A DNA stretch of 64,000 bases from an uncultured bacterium (GCA_963727525.1 CAVSGO010000007.1:2301902-2365901), one strand, 5' to 3'; positions 20,411 through 30,708 are shown, counted from the stretch's first letter. Notes: generated from the letters alone by a model not told the origin. Numbers and translations: made by a program.

Positions 20411-20929
20411 ATGGAGTTGCGCAGCTTCGAGGCCATCATGCGGGCCTTGAACGAGAACGGTGTTCGATACGTACTGGTGGGTGGCATGGCTGTCGTGGCC
20501 CATGGGCACGGTCGCATGACCCACGACGTCGACCTCGTGATTCAACTCGAGCGGGAGAACATCCTGCGCGCGTTCGCCGCACTGTCCGGTCTAGGCTACC
20601 AGCCGCGCATTCCCGTGACAGCCGAGGCATTCGCCGATCCCGGCAATCGCCGCCGCTGGATCGACGAGAAGGACATGACGGTGTTAAGTCTCTACTCCGA
20701 TCGCTACCGCACGACTCTGGTCGACATCTTCGTTCACGAGCCATTCGATTTCGACGACGTCTTCGCTCACGCCCATACCACCGACGTCGAGGGCATCACC
20801 GTGCGCTTCGTCGACCTGCGGACGTTGATCCGAATGAAGGAAGCCGCCGGTCGCCCGATCGACCTCGACGACGTCCACCACCTGAAGCTGCTCCAGGAAG
20901 ACAACGCTACCGGTGGGGGGCACCCGTGA
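20411..20929 (+). CDS. Nucleotidyltransferase (DUF6036-like)
   Basis: RBS GAGGAG; YVLVGGMAVVAHGHGRMTHDVDL; LIRMKEAAGRPIDLDD. Confidence 0.85.
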   Translation: MELRSFEAIMRALNENGVRYVLVGGMAVVAHGHGRMTHDVDLVIQLERENILRAFAALSGLGYQPRIPVTAEAFADPGNRRRWIDEKDMTVLSLYSDRYRTTLVDIFVHEPFDFDDVFAHAHTTDVEGITVRFVDLRTLIRMKEAAGRPIDLDDVHHLKLLQEDNATGGGHP

Positions 20930-21159
20930 CCGTCCCGGGCAGCTGGCGCATTCCCGACGATGCCGAAGATTGGCAATGTGACTGGGAAAGCGCCCGGCGA
21001 TTCCAGCTCCGATACTTCCGCAGCCTACCACTGGTCGACAAGATCCGGGCCGTCGAGGAGATGTGTCGTTTGGCCCGCCTACTGCACCCCGCGAAGTCCG
21101 ACGCTGGTGACCAACGGACCAGCGCCGCCACGCCCCCCCCGGACGAGCCTCGTAGCTAG
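20926..21159 (+). CDS. Small hypothetical partner of the nucleotidyltransferase
   Basis: GTGA start/stop overlap; WESARRFQLRYFRSLPLVDKIRAVEEM. Confidence 0.65.
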   Translation: MTVPGSWRIPDDAEDWQCDWESARRFQLRYFRSLPLVDKIRAVEEMCRLARLLHPAKSDAGDQRTSAATPPPDEPRS

Positions 21160-21267
21160 CCGCAGGGCCCACGCGGCGCACCGCACGTCCCACCAGGTCG
21201 AGGCGGCCCCCCGGGCGTCCAATCCGTATCGCACGTTCCGCGATAGCCGAGGCCGTCGCGGGACGCC

Positions 21268-21296
21268 CGCCTCCGAGGTGCGATCCCTCGGAGGCG
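21268..21296. terminator. Hairpin between convergent genes
   Basis: cgcctccgagg-tgcgatc-cctcggaggcg. Confidence 0.6.
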
Positions 21297-21346
21297 TAGC
21301 GTGTCCACTCGTCTACCTGGCTCTCCGCCGCCCGATCCACCTGCCT

Positions 21347-23044
21347 TTATCTGACCAGGGCGACGCGCGCCGAGGCCAGTCCACGGGCTGTCTCGAGGCG
21401 TAAGAAGTAGACGCCCGACGGCAGCGACCGGCCACTGTCGTCTTCACCGTGCCAGTTCATGCGGTGCTGGCCGGCCGTCCCACTGCCGCTGTCCAGGGTG
21501 CGCACGCGACGGCCGCGCAGATCGTGCACCGTCAGGCGGTACGCGCCGGCGCGGGGCAGACGGAACCGGACGGCGGTCTGCGCCGAGAACGGGTTCAGCT
21601 CGGGACTCACGACCAGACCGGCAGCAGCACCGCCCTGGGGCGTCGCCGTCGCGTTGCCCTGGTCGTAGTAGATCGTGATGGCATTCTCGTGCTCGCCGTT
21701 CGGGAACCAGGCGTGGCCGGCTACGATGACGTTGCCGGCAGGCGTGACGGCGACGTCGAAGCCGCCGTCGTTGCCGCCGTACGGGCTGGCCCAGTAGGCG
21801 GCCCATTCCTCAGTACCGTCGGGTGCATACTTGACCGTGGCGATATCGCGGTTTTGCGGCGGGAATATGGTATTGCCGGTGATGTAGATGCCACCCGAGT
21901 CGTCGATGGCGAGAGCCTCGGGTATATCGCCAGCCGTACCCACGCCATCGAAGACTGCGTGCCATAGACGCTGGCCTGCGGCGTCGTACTTGAGCGTGTG
22001 GTAGTGAGATTCGATCTCCCCGACTTGGGCGTTGGTGGTGACGACTACGTTGCCGTCGGCATCGACGGCCATGTCGCATACCTCGATGAAGTCGCCGTTC
22101 TGAGGGTGGAAAGCGTCCAGCCAGAGGAGGTCGCCGTTCGAGGAGTCGAGCTTCCAGGTAAGCGCTTCGGCATCGAATGGGCCATCCAGGGGATTGCCGG
22201 TCACGACGACGTTGCCGTCCGGCGCAACCGCGACCTTTGCGAACTCCAGCACCAAACGAACGTCGTTGGTGTACACGTGCTGCCACTGGAAGTCGCCGTC
22301 CGCCGTGACCTTGACCGTCGCGACGAAGCCGTGGGTGTTGTCGGACTCGAATCCAATCCCGGTCGTGTAGACGCTGCCGTCCGCGTCGGCAGCGATATCG
22401 ACGGGGAAATCCGGACCCGCGGTTGGACCGGTCCAATCTCGTTGCCAGCGGAGTTCCCCGGTCGGCGCGTACTTCAGGATCAGGAACTTCCCGTCGCTGT
22501 GGGCCGCGACGACGATGTTTCCGGCGTCGTCACACGCCAGCTTGGGCGCAAACGAGACGTTGGTCGTACCCACGAGCGGTTGATGGTTCTCCCATTCGAT
22601 CGCACCGCCGGCGTCGTACTCGACGGTCGCGACGTCGTAACCCCCGCCGTTCCAGAAATAACCGGTCACGACGACAAGTCCCGGATCCGGTACGAGCAGA
22701 TCCGAGGGCACCTCATACCCCGGACCGCCGTAGGTCTCGGTCCAGTCGACGGCGCCGTCCGATTCGAAACGGCGCACGAAGAAATCATTGTGTTGGCCGC
22801 CGACCCCGCTTTCGTAGGTACGGCCCGCCACGTACAGAGGACCGGTGGGATCGCAGGCCACGAGCAGTCCCTGGTCGTCGTGATTCGTGGGCGCGTTCCA
22901 GGTATCGACCCAGGCTTCTAGCGGCGGGTTGTCGGCATCGGCAGAGGCGTGGGTGAGGAGAACGAGAAACAGGGCGGCAACGACGCGGTAGCGGAGTCGG
23001 TTCGCCGGCGGATATGGGAAAGCGCGGTTCAAGAACGTCGACAT
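21347..23044 (-). CDS. Secreted SBBP-type beta-propeller protein with FlgD-Ig tail
   Basis: Signal peptide; repeats D..G.VY.TG...TVKY...G...W; NPFSAQT...HDLRGRRVR...LPSGVY. Confidence 0.88.
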   Translation of the reverse strand: MSTFLNRAFPYPPANRLRYRVVAALFLVLLTHASADADNPPLEAWVDTWNAPTNHDDQGLLVACDPTGPLYVAGRTYESGVGGQHNDFFVRRFESDGAVDWTETYGGPGYEVPSDLLVPDPGLVVVTGYFWNGGGYDVATVEYDAGGAIEWENHQPLVGTTNVSFAPKLACDDAGNIVVAAHSDGKFLILKYAPTGELRWQRDWTGPTAGPDFPVDIAADADGSVYTTGIGFESDNTHGFVATVKVTADGDFQWQHVYTNDVRLVLEFAKVAVAPDGNVVVTGNPLDGPFDAEALTWKLDSSNGDLLWLDAFHPQNGDFIEVCDMAVDADGNVVVTTNAQVGEIESHYHTLKYDAAGQRLWHAVFDGVGTAGDIPEALAIDDSGGIYITGNTIFPPQNRDIATVKYAPDGTEEWAAYWASPYGGNDGGFDVAVTPAGNVIVAGHAWFPNGEHENAITIYYDQGNATATPQGGAAAGLVVSPELNPFSAQTAVRFRLPRAGAYRLTVHDLRGRRVRTLDSGSGTAGQHRMNWHGEDDSGRSLPSGVYFLRLETARGLASARVALVR

Positions 23045-23442
23045 GGGTGTCTCCTGTCGTTGAGATCCGGCGACGACGATCGGGTCAACGATCGCCCGTC
23101 ATCGAACCTCGAGGGCACGAGTCGGCTCGAGCCACTCCCCACGGGGGCGCGGCATCCGGCTCGCATGTCATGCACCGCATTATCGCCCGTTCTCAGCGAT
23201 GCGAGATCGGAGATTCACGGATCACGCGAAAGAGTCGCGCTCTCCGCTCCCTCCCAGGCAACGACCGGCGCGGCATATCCGCCAGTGTAGGGGTCTTCGA
23301 CAGGGCTCTCTCAAGACTGGCGGTGGGAAGTCTCGAGGTCACGACACCAACGCCACGAGATCACCGCTGACCAGACCCACGCGACGCTCCGCGCGCTCCA
23401 CCTGATCGAGCCGATCCTCGAGGCGTCCGGTCAGCCCCACCG

Positions 23443-23943
23443 AGATGCGTGGCGCGCCCCAGGTGGGGTTCTCGCGCGACATGCGGCGGATCAGCTCGAC
23501 AACGTCGAAGGGGATACGGGGCCTGCCTACCGCCTCTGGTCGGCTATCGAGTCGCCACCAGGTCGCCAGACCTTGCGGTGCAAAGGGGTCAACGTCTCGG
23601 GTTGGATGAGCCGCAGCGGTCGTCGCAAGCTTGCCCGGTAGGCAAAGCAGTACCCAGTAGGTCTGGTCCAGAGCCGTGAATGGTGGCCTGGGATTCGATC
23701 GCTGCAGCGCGGGAATCTACTGGCGCAGGGCGAGGTTCTCGATGACCAGGTCGCGGCGTGGGCGGCCGACGTCGCGCAGGAATTCGAGGACGATGTTTGG
23801 CATGGGTAGGAATCGGGCGTTTGAGCGACCGGTTGAGACCCACGGAATTGGTCAGCAGCGACGATCTTGAGCGTTGGCTCGTGGTATACTCGTGAGGTCA
23901 TAACTCTGGTCGTGGCAATGCCGACGGGGTTTTAAGGAGGGAC
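23443..23943 (-). mobile_element. IS481-like (rve integrase-core) element, truncated and frameshifted 5' copy
   Basis: Same end gtccctccttaaaaccccgtcggc as 44958 and 63428; IENLALRQ, IQPET, ENPTWGAPRI. Confidence 0.85.
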
Positions 23944-23960
23944 GATCTCGACTGGACGAC

Positions 23961-24407
23961 TCAGTCACCGAGTTCTTCGAGCCATTCCACGTCGGCCAGG
24001 TCCTGGAGGCGTCCCGACGCCCGTTTGTTGGCGATCAGGTGGTGACGCGAGATGACGGGCACGGGAACGCCATCGAGGTCGACAACGACACGATCGGGCC
24101 AGGCGGCCGCGAACTCGACACCGTCGATCTGCGTGATCGCGTCGATTCGTAGCGGCGCGACGCCGATCTGGAAGATGAGTCCGGGTACCGTCAGGTCCGC
24201 TGGCGTGAGGTCGTGGAAGGGCGCGCCGAAATCGATCAGCGCGTCGATGATCCGCGGGGCGTTGTCCGCGTCCGGTCGGATCCAGATTTCGAGATCCTTC
24301 GTCGCGCGCACATGACCATATGTCGCCAAAGCATGCGCTCCGACGATCAGGTACTCAACGCCTTGGTCGTTCAACGCGGCTAACAGATCGATCAAATCGC
24401 GGTTCAC
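23961..24407 (-). CDS. Nucleotidyltransferase (DUF6036-like), second copy; start uncertain
   Basis: VEYLIVGAHALATYGHVRATKDLEIW; LIANKRASGRLQDLADVE. Confidence 0.8.
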   Translation of the reverse strand: MNRDLIDLLAALNDQGVEYLIVGAHALATYGHVRATKDLEIWIRPDADNAPRIIDALIDFGAPFHDLTPADLTVPGLIFQIGVAPLRIDAITQIDGVEFAAAWPDRVVVDLDGVPVPVISRHHLIANKRASGRLQDLADVEWLEELGD

Positions 24408-24416
24408 CGCGACGAC

Positions 24417-24610
24417 ATGGCCGCACGGCCGTTCGCATTGTTGCAAGATCACCCCAATCCGTTCAATCCGAGGACCCGGATCCAGATCGCGGTCCCGCAG
24501 GCGGGCCAGGTGGCGTTGCACGTGTACGACCTGATGGGGCGCCAGGTGCGGACCCTGGTGGACGGCAACCGGGCCGCGGGCGAGTACATTGTGGCGTAGG
24601 ACGGGCGCGA
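24417..24610 (+). pseudogene. Orphan FlgD-Ig tail fragment
   Basis: FALLQDHPNPFNPRTRIQIAVP...YDLMGRQVRTLVDG...IVA*DGRD, with TAG at the conserved Trp. Confidence 0.8.
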
Positions 24611-24726
24611 CGGGCGCGGCGCCGCGGCCCATGGTTCTCGTCAAGTGATCGACAGTATGGCGGTCGTGGCCCCGGGTCCATGGGGTCGCGCCCCTCGCCA
24701 TCCGCAAGAAGAGAATGGAGTGCATC

Positions 24727-25674
24727 ATGCTGCTACAGCGTTACCGGGCCTGCGCCCCCGCGCTCGCCATCGTCCTGCTGAGCCTCGTCGGTGCATCGGC
24801 GGGACACGCCGTCTCGGCGGCCGTCACCGACGGCGTGCCACTCACCCTGATCTACACCACCGATATCAAGGGCAAGATCGACCCGTGCCACTGCAGCGCC
24901 CATCCGCGCGGCGGACTCGCGCCGCGGGCCACCTGGTTCAACGCGGTCTGGGACGAGGGCGTTGCCACGGTGACAGTGGATGCGGGCGACCTCTTCGGCA
25001 TGCGCAACACCGGCGACCGTGACCAGACGGCGTTCCTTTGCGAGCAGACGGCTTCCTTCGGCTACGATGCCATCGGGCTCGGCGAGTTCGACCTCCACTA
25101 CGGGCGTGATTTCCTGCAGCAGATGATCAAGGACCACGGGCTGCCGTTCACCTGCGCCAACGTGCGCGACGCGGCGAGCGGCGCGCTCCTGCTGCCGGAG
25201 TGGCGAATCGTCGAGCGTGGCGGGATCCGCATGGGCATCGTCAGCGTCGTCGACCCGCAGCAGAGGTTCGCCGACCTCGACGGCCCCATCACCACGATCC
25301 GGGTCGACGACCCCGCGACGACGTTGCGCGACGTGCTACCGCGCCTGCGGCAGGCGTGCGACACCGTGGTGCTGCTCAGCCATCTCGGTCAGGTCGAAAC
25401 GGACGGGCTGCTGAAAGCCGTTCCTGGTATCGACGTGGCGGTGATCGGACACACCAGCCGGAGTCTCGCACTGCCGCGGTACTCCTCGGACGTCGTCGTC
25501 CTCGCAGCCGCGTTCGAGGGCCGCACGATCGGCCGGGCGGATCTGCGCCTGGATCCGGCCACCGGCAAGGTGCTAGCGACCGAGGTGCACGTGACGGACC
25601 TGGATGCGCAGATCGGGGATGACAAGGAGATGGCGCAACGGGTCGCCGCCTACGAGACGGGCCTCGGCGAGTAG
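24727..25674 (+). CDS. Secreted UshA/5'-nucleotidase N-terminal-like metallophosphoesterase-fold protein
   Basis: Signal peptide; YTTDIKGKIDPCHC...GGLA, VDAGDLF, YDAIGLGEFD, LLSHLG, IGHT. Confidence 0.8.
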   Translation: MLLQRYRACAPALAIVLLSLVGASAGHAVSAAVTDGVPLTLIYTTDIKGKIDPCHCSAHPRGGLAPRATWFNAVWDEGVATVTVDAGDLFGMRNTGDRDQTAFLCEQTASFGYDAIGLGEFDLHYGRDFLQQMIKDHGLPFTCANVRDAASGALLLPEWRIVERGGIRMGIVSVVDPQQRFADLDGPITTIRVDDPATTLRDVLPRLRQACDTVVLLSHLGQVETDGLLKAVPGIDVAVIGHTSRSLALPRYSSDVVVLAAAFEGRTIGRADLRLDPATGKVLATEVHVTDLDAQIGDDKEMAQRVAAYETGLGE

Positions 25675-25840
25675 CGCGCCGAGGACCAAACCCGCTTTCC
25701 GCGCGACAGGGATGCGAGCGACGAGAAGTTTCTGGGGGTCGCGGATCGCCTGATTTCGCTCTTGCCGCGCAGGCCGCTCGTCTGATCCACCTCGTCGCAG
25801 GTCGCTGGCTATGCGGTAGAGTTCCTTGCTACAAGCATAA

Positions 25841-25870
25841 TTGACAATGTCTATCGGGTTTTGGTAGGAT
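25841..25870 (+). promoter_or_regulatory. Candidate sigma70 promoter
   Basis: TTGACA-18 bp-TAGGAT upstream of ATG 25904. Confidence 0.5.
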
Positions 25871-25903
25871 AGCCCATACGACTTTTCCGTCACATGGGGC
25901 CCC

Positions 25904-27197
25904 ATGTCCAACCATCACGCGATCCGGTACCTTGCGACGCCCACGGCAATCGTGGTCGGTCTGTTTTGCCTCCTGCTTTCGGCTTCGCTTGCGCCGCCCG
26001 CCCAGGCCCAGTGCCATGACTACGGTGCGCCGGGCTCCGACCCCACCCTGATCCAATTCGACCTCTTCCCCGACAGCATCGCGGATGTCGCCATGCAGGG
26101 TGACCTGGCGTGGCTGGCGCTGTCCGACTACGGCGGTATCGCAGCGGTCGACATGACGGACCCCTTCGCACCGCAACTCGTCTCCCGACTCGCCCTGCCG
26201 GTCTTCGAAACTTACCAGATTGCGGTCAGCGGTGACGTCGCCGTGCTCAGCTACTCCAACTGGACGTCCTTCGGGTTGGTCATTGTCGACATTACCGATC
26301 CGGAGGCGCCGGAGCTGATCCTCGATTACGACGCCCCAACCGGCTGGATCTACGGAGTCGCCGTGCGGGACACGACACTCTACGCGGTCCTGCCAAATCC
26401 GGGCACGTTGCAGGTCTTCGACATTGCCGACCCCTCGGCCCCCCAAATCGTCGGACAGCTCACACTCGGCTACGGCGCGGGGTCCATCGCCTTGGACGGG
26501 GATCTGGCCCTCGTCCCCTTTGACGCCACGGTCGAAATCGTTGACATCGCAGTTGACGCGAATCCCACCCTGTTGGGTACGATCCCGATTCCCGCGCCGC
26601 CGGGCGGCGGGCCAACTGCGGCGAACTGCGTGGCGACCGCGGGAACGTGGACCGTGGTCGGCGTCGGCGGGCCCGGGCTCACCGGCGGGTTGCAAATCTT
26701 CGACACGAGCGACCCCTCCGCGCCGGTTGCCACGGGATCCGTGACCTGATGGCACCGGAGGCGCCCACGCTGCTCGGAACCTCGACCTATCCCAACGATA
26801 TCCAGTGGGCTGAGCTGCATCGGGTCGGCGACAGCCTGGTCACAACCTACGATCGGCTCTATATCCAGCCGCTGCAGTGCACGTCGGTGCCGGCGGACGT
26901 CGTATCGGCGGATCACGCGAGCGACCTGGCCTTTGCGGTCGCGCCCAACCCGTTCAACCCCGGACGGCGATCCGCTTCGAACTACCCGCGGCGACCGCCG
27001 CCACGGTCGAGATCGTCGACCCCCGGGGACGGCGAGTGCGCTCGCTCGCGCTCGATGGGGACCTGTCGGCCGGCCGGCGCGAGGTGACCTGGAATGGGCG
27101 GGACGACACGGGGCGCCGGGTGGCGTCCGGGATTTACTTCTGCCGCGTGCAAGCCGGACAGGACCGGCAGGTGGTGCCGGTGACGCTGCTCAAGTAG
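25904..27197 (+). pseudogene. LVIVD-repeat secreted protein with FlgD-Ig tail, disrupted
   Basis: GLVIVDITDPEAP repeats; frame break near 26745 and a second frameshift in the C-run at PNPFNP near 26960. Confidence 0.8.
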
Positions 27198-27385
27198 CCG
27201 TCACCGCGCGCAAATAGGCGCGTGTCATAGCGCAGTTAGCGACGGTACGTTTTCGTAACCCGCGAGATGGAGGATTCTGAGAATTCACCGGAAGCGGCTT
27301 CTCAGCGCCCACGTAGGCGATTGATCTGCGCGATCGTCCCCGCCTAGCCCCCACGTGTGATGCTCTCCTCGTGATTCGAGACCGT

Positions 27386-27762
27386 TGCGGGCGTCGCGTT
27401 CCCCTACGTTAGGGGAAACGTGGCGGTCGACCCCATGCTCTGCGATCCCGATGCTGGCGACTTCCACTTGCACGCCGACTCCCCGTGCCTCGCCGATTGC
27501 GGCGTGATCGGGGCCTGGCCGGTGGAGTGTGGGGTGGTGCAGGTGGAGACGACGACCTGGGGTGCGGTCAAGGCGATGTTCGGCTGAAGACGGCGGAGCC
27601 ACTTCCCCGGCGAAGCGCCGGGGGTGATCTGTCATTTTCTGCGAAACGCTATAAGCATTTAAAATACATCAGATTGCGCCAATGGCGCCGGCGCCACTGG
27701 AACCGACCATCGCCTCGCAGCTGCGTGGCGACCCGGTCGAAACGCAAGGGCCGCGGACCGTG
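27386..27762 (+). repeat. 377-bp dispersed direct repeat, copy B
   Basis: Collinear with 14192..14568; encodes ...VETTTWGAVKAMFG*. Confidence 0.95.
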
Positions 27763-27797
27763 CCGGCGGGACCGGCGGTCTGTGTCACGGCGGCGCG
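27758..27797 (-). mobile_element. IS91-family transposase micro-fragment
   Basis: AVTQTAGPAGT matches AVTLTAGPAGT at about 41370-41405. Confidence 0.6.
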
Positions 27798-28189
27798 AGA
27801 CGCGGGATCTCCTCGCGGGCACGCCCGAACAGCGGAGCACGACGGTCCAGGACCGGACCATGCATCATGCGCTGCGAGGATCCGGGCAGAATTGGGTGGA
27901 CCGGTCGGCGCGCCGCCGCGTCCGTCTACCAGCGATCCAGGAGCGCTTCCCAACCCGGATAGGCGACCGCGTCGAATTCAGAAATCGGCCCGCCGATCTC
28001 CGCTGCGAGACTCCGTCGTTGTAGACCGCTCTCATGGTCGCCCCCCACATCGCAGACGCCGCGTACTTTAGGCAGCGACTCCAGCAGGAGCTCCGACTTG
28101 CCCGGCCGCCGCCGGCCGTAGATTACGACGAGCGAGCCGTCCTGTGAGCCGAGCGCGCGTGCAAGGCTGTGGCGCTCCTCGTCGCGATC
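27798..28189 (-). pseudogene. Archaeal-type AAA ATPase (ATPase_2/DUF234-like) remnant
   Basis: DRDEE...LVVIYGRRRPGKSELL; in-frame TAG; Walker B missing; GSSQRMM...APLFGRA. Confidence 0.75.
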
Positions 28190-28218
28190 CGGAATGTCGC
28201 GACGGGAAATATTCCGTC

Positions 28219-28249
28219 TTGACGAGCATACCAACCAGTTGGTATGCTC
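28219..28249 (+). promoter_or_regulatory. Sigma70 promoter overlapped by a TetR operator palindrome
   Basis: TTGACG-18 bp-TATGCT; perfect IR gagcataccaac-ca-gttggtatgctc at 28224-28249. Confidence 0.85.
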
Positions 28250-28254
28250 ATCGC

Positions 28255-28908
28255 ATGACCAGACCAACCAAACACCACCCCGAACGCGGCGACGCCCGCA
28301 CCCGGCTTCTGGAAGCCGCCCGCGACGTCATTCGGGCGAAGGGCTTTGCCGCGACGACGGTGGACCAGCTCTGCAAGACCGCGGGCGTCACCAAGGGCGC
28401 GTTCTTCCACCATTTCGAGAACAAGGAGGCGCTGGGTGTGGCCGCGGCCAACTACTGGGCCGAGACCACCTCGGCGCTATTCGCCGACGCTCCCTACCAC
28501 GACCACGACGATCCATACGATCGGTTGATCGGCTATGTCGATTTCCGCAAGACCATCATCGAGGGCGACCTCGCCGAGTTCACCTGCCTCGTCGGCACCA
28601 TGACGCAGGAGGTGTACGACACCCATCCCGCGATTCGCGACGCCTGCGCCGCCAGCATCTTCGGCCACGCCGCCACTCTCGAACCCGACATCCGGGCGGC
28701 GATAGAGCAGCATGGCATCACCGCGGACTGGACGGCGGCCAGCCTCGCGGCCCACACCCAGGCCGTGTTGCAGGGCGCCTTCATCCTGGCCAAGGCCACC
28801 GGTGATCGCACGTTCGCGCGCGAGAGCGTCGAACACCTACGCCGCTACATCGAGATGTTGTTCGCCGCGCCCGCCGCGAGCGGACCGAAACCCTCCAAGG
28901 AAAGATAA
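28255..28908 (+). CDS. TetR/AcrR-family regulator (NemR/ComR-like)
   Basis: RLLEAA...KGFAATTVDQLCKTAGVTKGAFFHHFENKE; CLVG. Confidence 0.92.
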   Translation: MTRPTKHHPERGDARTRLLEAARDVIRAKGFAATTVDQLCKTAGVTKGAFFHHFENKEALGVAAANYWAETTSALFADAPYHDHDDPYDRLIGYVDFRKTIIEGDLAEFTCLVGTMTQEVYDTHPAIRDACAASIFGHAATLEPDIRAAIEQHGITADWTAASLAAHTQAVLQGAFILAKATGDRTFARESVEHLRRYIEMLFAAPAASGPKPSKER

Positions 28909-28912
28909 AACC

Positions 28913-29509
28913 ATGAGAACGCTGAAGATCATCGAGCATATCACGCTGGACGGCGTGATCCAGGCGCCCGGCGGACCGGACGAGGACGGTGACTACCCCT
29001 ACGGCGGTTGGTCGGTGCCGCATCACGATCCGGCGGTCGGCGAGGCCGTCGACGTGGCGCACGGCGGACGTTTCGATCTGCTGCTCGGCCGCCACACCTA
29101 CGACATCTTCGCCGGCTACTGGCCGCAGATCGAGGATAACCCCATGGCGGACCGATTGAACAGGGCGACCAAGTACGTCGCGACCCACCACCCCGGTACG
29201 CTCGCCTGGGGACCGGTCGAGGACCTCGGCGCGGACGTCGTCGCCGGTGTCCGCCGCCTCAAGGAGACGGACGGGCCCACGCTGATCGTCTGGGGCAGCT
29301 CGCAGCTGACGCCGGAGCTGCTCGAGCACGAACTGGCGGACGAGGTCGTGTTGCTCGTCTTTCCGGTCCTGCTCGGTCACGGCAAACGCATGTTTGCGGA
29401 CGGGACCCCGCCCCGCGAACTAGCGCTCGTTGGCACGAAGGCCGCGGCCTCGGGCGTCATCATCAGCACCTACCGACCTGCCGGGCCGCTGCGGACCGGT
29501 TCATTCTAG
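28913..29509 (+). CDS. Dihydrofolate reductase/RibD C-terminal family protein
   Basis: HITLDGVIQAPGGPDED, LLLGRHTY, WGSSQL, PVLLGHGKRMF. Confidence 0.9.
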   Translation: MRTLKIIEHITLDGVIQAPGGPDEDGDYPYGGWSVPHHDPAVGEAVDVAHGGRFDLLLGRHTYDIFAGYWPQIEDNPMADRLNRATKYVATHHPGTLAWGPVEDLGADVVAGVRRLKETDGPTLIVWGSSQLTPELLEHELADEVVLLVFPVLLGHGKRMFADGTPPRELALVGTKAAASGVIISTYRPAGPLRTGSF

Positions 29510-29545
29510 GGAATGCAGGCGCAAGCCGTTGAAAGGAAGATGTTC

Positions 29546-30028
29546 ATGAGCAACCTCATCACCTGCCTCTGGTTCGACCACGGCGAAGCCCGAAAGGCCG
29601 CCGAGTTCTACGCCGCGACGTTTCCCGAAAGCCAGGTCGACCGGGTGAACAACGCCCCGGGCGACTTTCCCGGCGGCCAGGAAGGAACCGAGTTGACCGT
29701 AGAGTTCACGGTGCTCGGACGGCGGTTCATCGGCCTCAATGGTGGCCCGAACTTCACGCCGAACGAATCGGTCAGCTTCATGGTCGTGACCGAGACCCAG
29801 GAGGAGACTGACCGCTACTGGAGCGCGATCACCAGCAACGGCGGCGCCGAGAGCGCCTGCGGCTGGTGCCGCGACCGCTGGGGCTTTTCCTGGCAGATCA
29901 CGCCGCGACGGCTGCTCGAGCTGACGACGGATCCCGACCGCGACAAGGCGAAGCGCTCGTTCGCCGCGATGATGACGATGAAGAAGATCGACATCGCGGC
30001 CATCGAGGCGGCTGCGATGACACCGTAG
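29546..30028 (+). CDS. VOC/PhnB-like (3-dmu-9_3-mt) protein
   Basis: ITCLWFD...[33 protein letters not shown]. Confidence 0.9.
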   Translation: MSNLITCLWFDHGEARKAAEFYAATFPESQVDRVNNAPGDFPGGQEGTELTVEFTVLGRRFIGLNGGPNFTPNESVSFMVVTETQEETDRYWSAITSNGGAESACGWCRDRWGFSWQITPRRLLELTTDPDRDKAKRSFAAMMTMKKIDIAAIEAAAMTP

Positions 30029-30708
30029 CAGCCGGAGCTGCGATCGCAGCGCGGCGTCAGTGTTCGCGGCAAGTTCCGTGCGCAAGTTGTTCAGCACCTG
30101 CGTTGTCCAGGCCGTCTGCCCACGGTGCAGCAGGGCAGCCAGCTCGCCGGACTCGGGCTGCGGCGTCGGAATCGTCGGCGATTGGAATGCGGCCGGGGCC
30201 AGAATTGCGACCAACGTGCGCATCCTTGTCTGCTCTACGGCGCAGAGGCACCCCGTGGCGTTTCAGCATCGGCCCACACGGCGCCGGCCGCGTTCTGCGC
30301 CCTGCGTCCCCGGTTTGCTGTCCGGGGAACCCCAGCCTACACCGAGTCCTGGCGTAATGCTGTCAACGCGTCTCCGGGCCTAAGCGCACCGAGACTGCGA
30401 TTGCACATGCCACCTCCGCACCCTTCTCGTCCCGGTAGGTAACCTTGAACTGGAGGCTCGTCGCCATCGCGGATTCTCCGGTGCGGTTCACGTCAGACAC
30501 ATACATTTCCACGGCGAGCGGTAGCTCTTCCAGGCATTCACCGTCCGTGGTGGTGGCGCAGCCCGATCCCGCCGCCGACGCCGACAACGCCGCGGACCGC
30601 CAGGCGTGGGACGTTCCAGGATTCGGTATTGCCCCCCTCGCGGCGCCCGGATATACTCGTCGCGGGTTGTATTTCCATGAATGGCCCAGTCGCTACCGGG
30701 GGGATTCC

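Noticed and set aside
23961-24728. 255-aa extended nucleotidyltransferase ORF
   Set aside because: The N-terminal extension is the antisense of an orphan FlgD fragment; the recognisable domain begins near 24407
26955-26965. Programmed frameshift in the FlgD tail (also 45675 and 63080)
   Set aside because: No clear slippery heptamer with a downstream structure; decay or sequencing indels are simpler and cannot be separated without reads
14192-27762. Diversity-generating retroelement TR/VR pair
   Set aside because: Differences are not confined to adenines, the repeat extends into non-coding DNA and no reverse transcriptase is present
30030-30700. Short ORFs between the VOC gene and the next secreted protein
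   Set aside because: No recognisable motif; possibly more debris, but unsupported
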